NCBI RefSeq assembly: GCF_006345805.1
Contig: NW_021835914.1
Span: forward strand, 1-37,682
DNA: 37,682 nucleotides
Source: Octopus sinensis
Taxonomy: Eukaryota
Direction: 5' to 3'
Shown: piece after piece, positions 36,120 through 37,682 of the stretch
Layout of the letters: every line of letters begins with the position of its first letter
Position numbering within the stretch: position 1 is the first letter of the stretch
The notes under the pieces: generated by a model
The model's database searches: none
Told to the model about the DNA's origin: nothing
What the model saw: only the letters and a program-made list of their open reading frames with translations
Made by a program: the position numbers and the translations under genes

Positions 36120-36715
36120 AGAGTCCAATGAGCCTTATCCTTTGAAATTTATTATACTACTAACATAAGACTGTGATTTTCTCCATAAGCACACGACATG
36201 TTACGAAGTGAACACAAAATATGAGGAGAAAGATTTGTAACACCATAGAATTTGCTAAATTATGGTATTATAGTACAGCGGATATCAAATAAATTTAATA
36301 AACAACTCTGAAATATGAGGTCCTGGACAGAGAAAGGAAGACAGTTTAACAAAATGGTGAAAATTGTTTTTGAGTTAGGTTATGAAGCCAGCACAACACA
36401 CAAATTGCTACTTAAGAGATTATTAAGATCTGACGAGAGCTGTTATCACAAAACCTCAGGAAAACTTCCCTTGTAACGAAATTAGCATGAAATCACTTTT
36501 GCATAATAATGATAATAATAACAACAACAACAACACAACAATACAGCGCAATTAAGTTGTTTAGTCAGTTTTTCATTTATCTGTTTATCTGATATATTTC
36601 TTTTGAACAGATACTGTATTGTGTAATACATTGAAATCCTCCTTACAGCATATATGTATTAAAATTCAGAGGCGTTATTTTAACGTTCATCTTCAATTCT
36701 AGTTTATTTCATTGC

Positions 36716-36721
36716 TCTCTT

Positions 36722-36773
<52 letters not shown>

Positions 36774-36860
36774 AGTCTCTTTCTCTCAGTCTCTCTCTCT
36801 CTCTTTCTCTCTCTCTTTCCGCCTCTCTCTATCTCCTTGTGACTGTCTCTGTCTCTCTTT
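36716..36860. repeat. (CT)n polypyrimidine tract
   Basis: Directly visible. Confidence 0.95.
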
Positions 36861-37682
36861 TTCGTAGTCACATTTTATTCTGTTTTCACTTTTCAAGAGA
36901 AATTCGTAAGTAGGTGATACCATGTTTAACGGTTTATAATTTGATTTGCGAAATTTGTTGTTCCTCTCATATGAATTTTTGATCAGATTAGCCGGCCTCT
37001 GGCTCAGTGACATATTTAAGACTTATAACTTTCATTTTTGATATAAATTATTACAGCTTCATGGCCGCTGTCTTAAACAGAATGTTGGATAGTTCAACTT
37101 TCAGATTTATTCCTTAATTGATTGCTTTGCTAAACACCAAAGTTGACAGATTTTAGGTGCACTTTGGAGCAGGTGCTGACCTCCAGATACTTTCCTTTCA
37201 TACACGGAACATTCTATTATTGTACAATGGTCAGAGAATATTCTAGCAATCATTTGTAGAGCACACTATTGAAAGTATTTTTATGTCTGATGGAATGGTG
37301 AGTCGTTTATTCCAAATAGAGAATTCTGTGGGAAACAAATTAGCTTCCAGACGTGTTGTGATAACTCTGTATTTATCTGGTATTCCAAGAAGTTGTCGTT
37401 GAGAACCTGAGGTCTGTCAGAAACAAAATATTGGTTTTGGGATTGAAGGAGGGAGCTTCGTCGTAGTGGGCCAACATGATAGAAATATCAGTTTAAAATC
37501 CCTCAAATCGCATCCTTCTTCCCTGGGAAAGGTAAGGACTTATATCAGTTTGCAGACTCGTTGAATGGGGTACTGTTCATAACCCAAATGTTTTCAGTGG
37601 CAACAATCGCTAAATTGGGCCTAAACAAAAGCAAATATTGATATAGGGATAAAATATATTTGAGAGATAATCTAGCAGTCCG

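Noticed and set aside
36425-36500. CTGACGA…GAAATTAGC hammerhead-like words
   Set aside because: Stem II is offset by 5 nt and stem I pairs poorly; it could be chance or a heavily decayed copy.
37100-37450. Weak CR1-like C-terminal motif on the minus strand (…SIWNK…PSDIK)
   Set aside because: The similarity is too short to call.

Overview
AT-rich, repeat-saturated eukaryotic intergenic or intronic DNA. The SINE and LINE families look cephalopod (Octopus-like); this is inferred from repeat recognition, not a database search. No intact protein-coding gene, rRNA, true tRNA gene or CRISPR array is supported, and most listed ORFs are microsatellite translations. The window contains decayed R4/Dong LINEs clustered in (AAT)n tracts, RTE, CR1-like and ORF1 (zinc-knuckle) LINE remnants, Tc1/mariner and hAT fragments, three copies of a ~390-bp non-autonomous Helitron and many tRNA-derived SINEs. 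The main discovery is four distinct type I hammerhead ribozyme motifs (2504-2540 -, 8261-8353 +, 23035-23069 +, 29500-29553 +), all with a palindromic loop-less stem III. Two lie beside or downstream of decayed Penelope GIY-YIG remnants, and one sits at the loop/arm junction of a 384-bp fold-back element with ~157-bp inverted arms. One weak candidate host terminal exon lies at 13924-14187.
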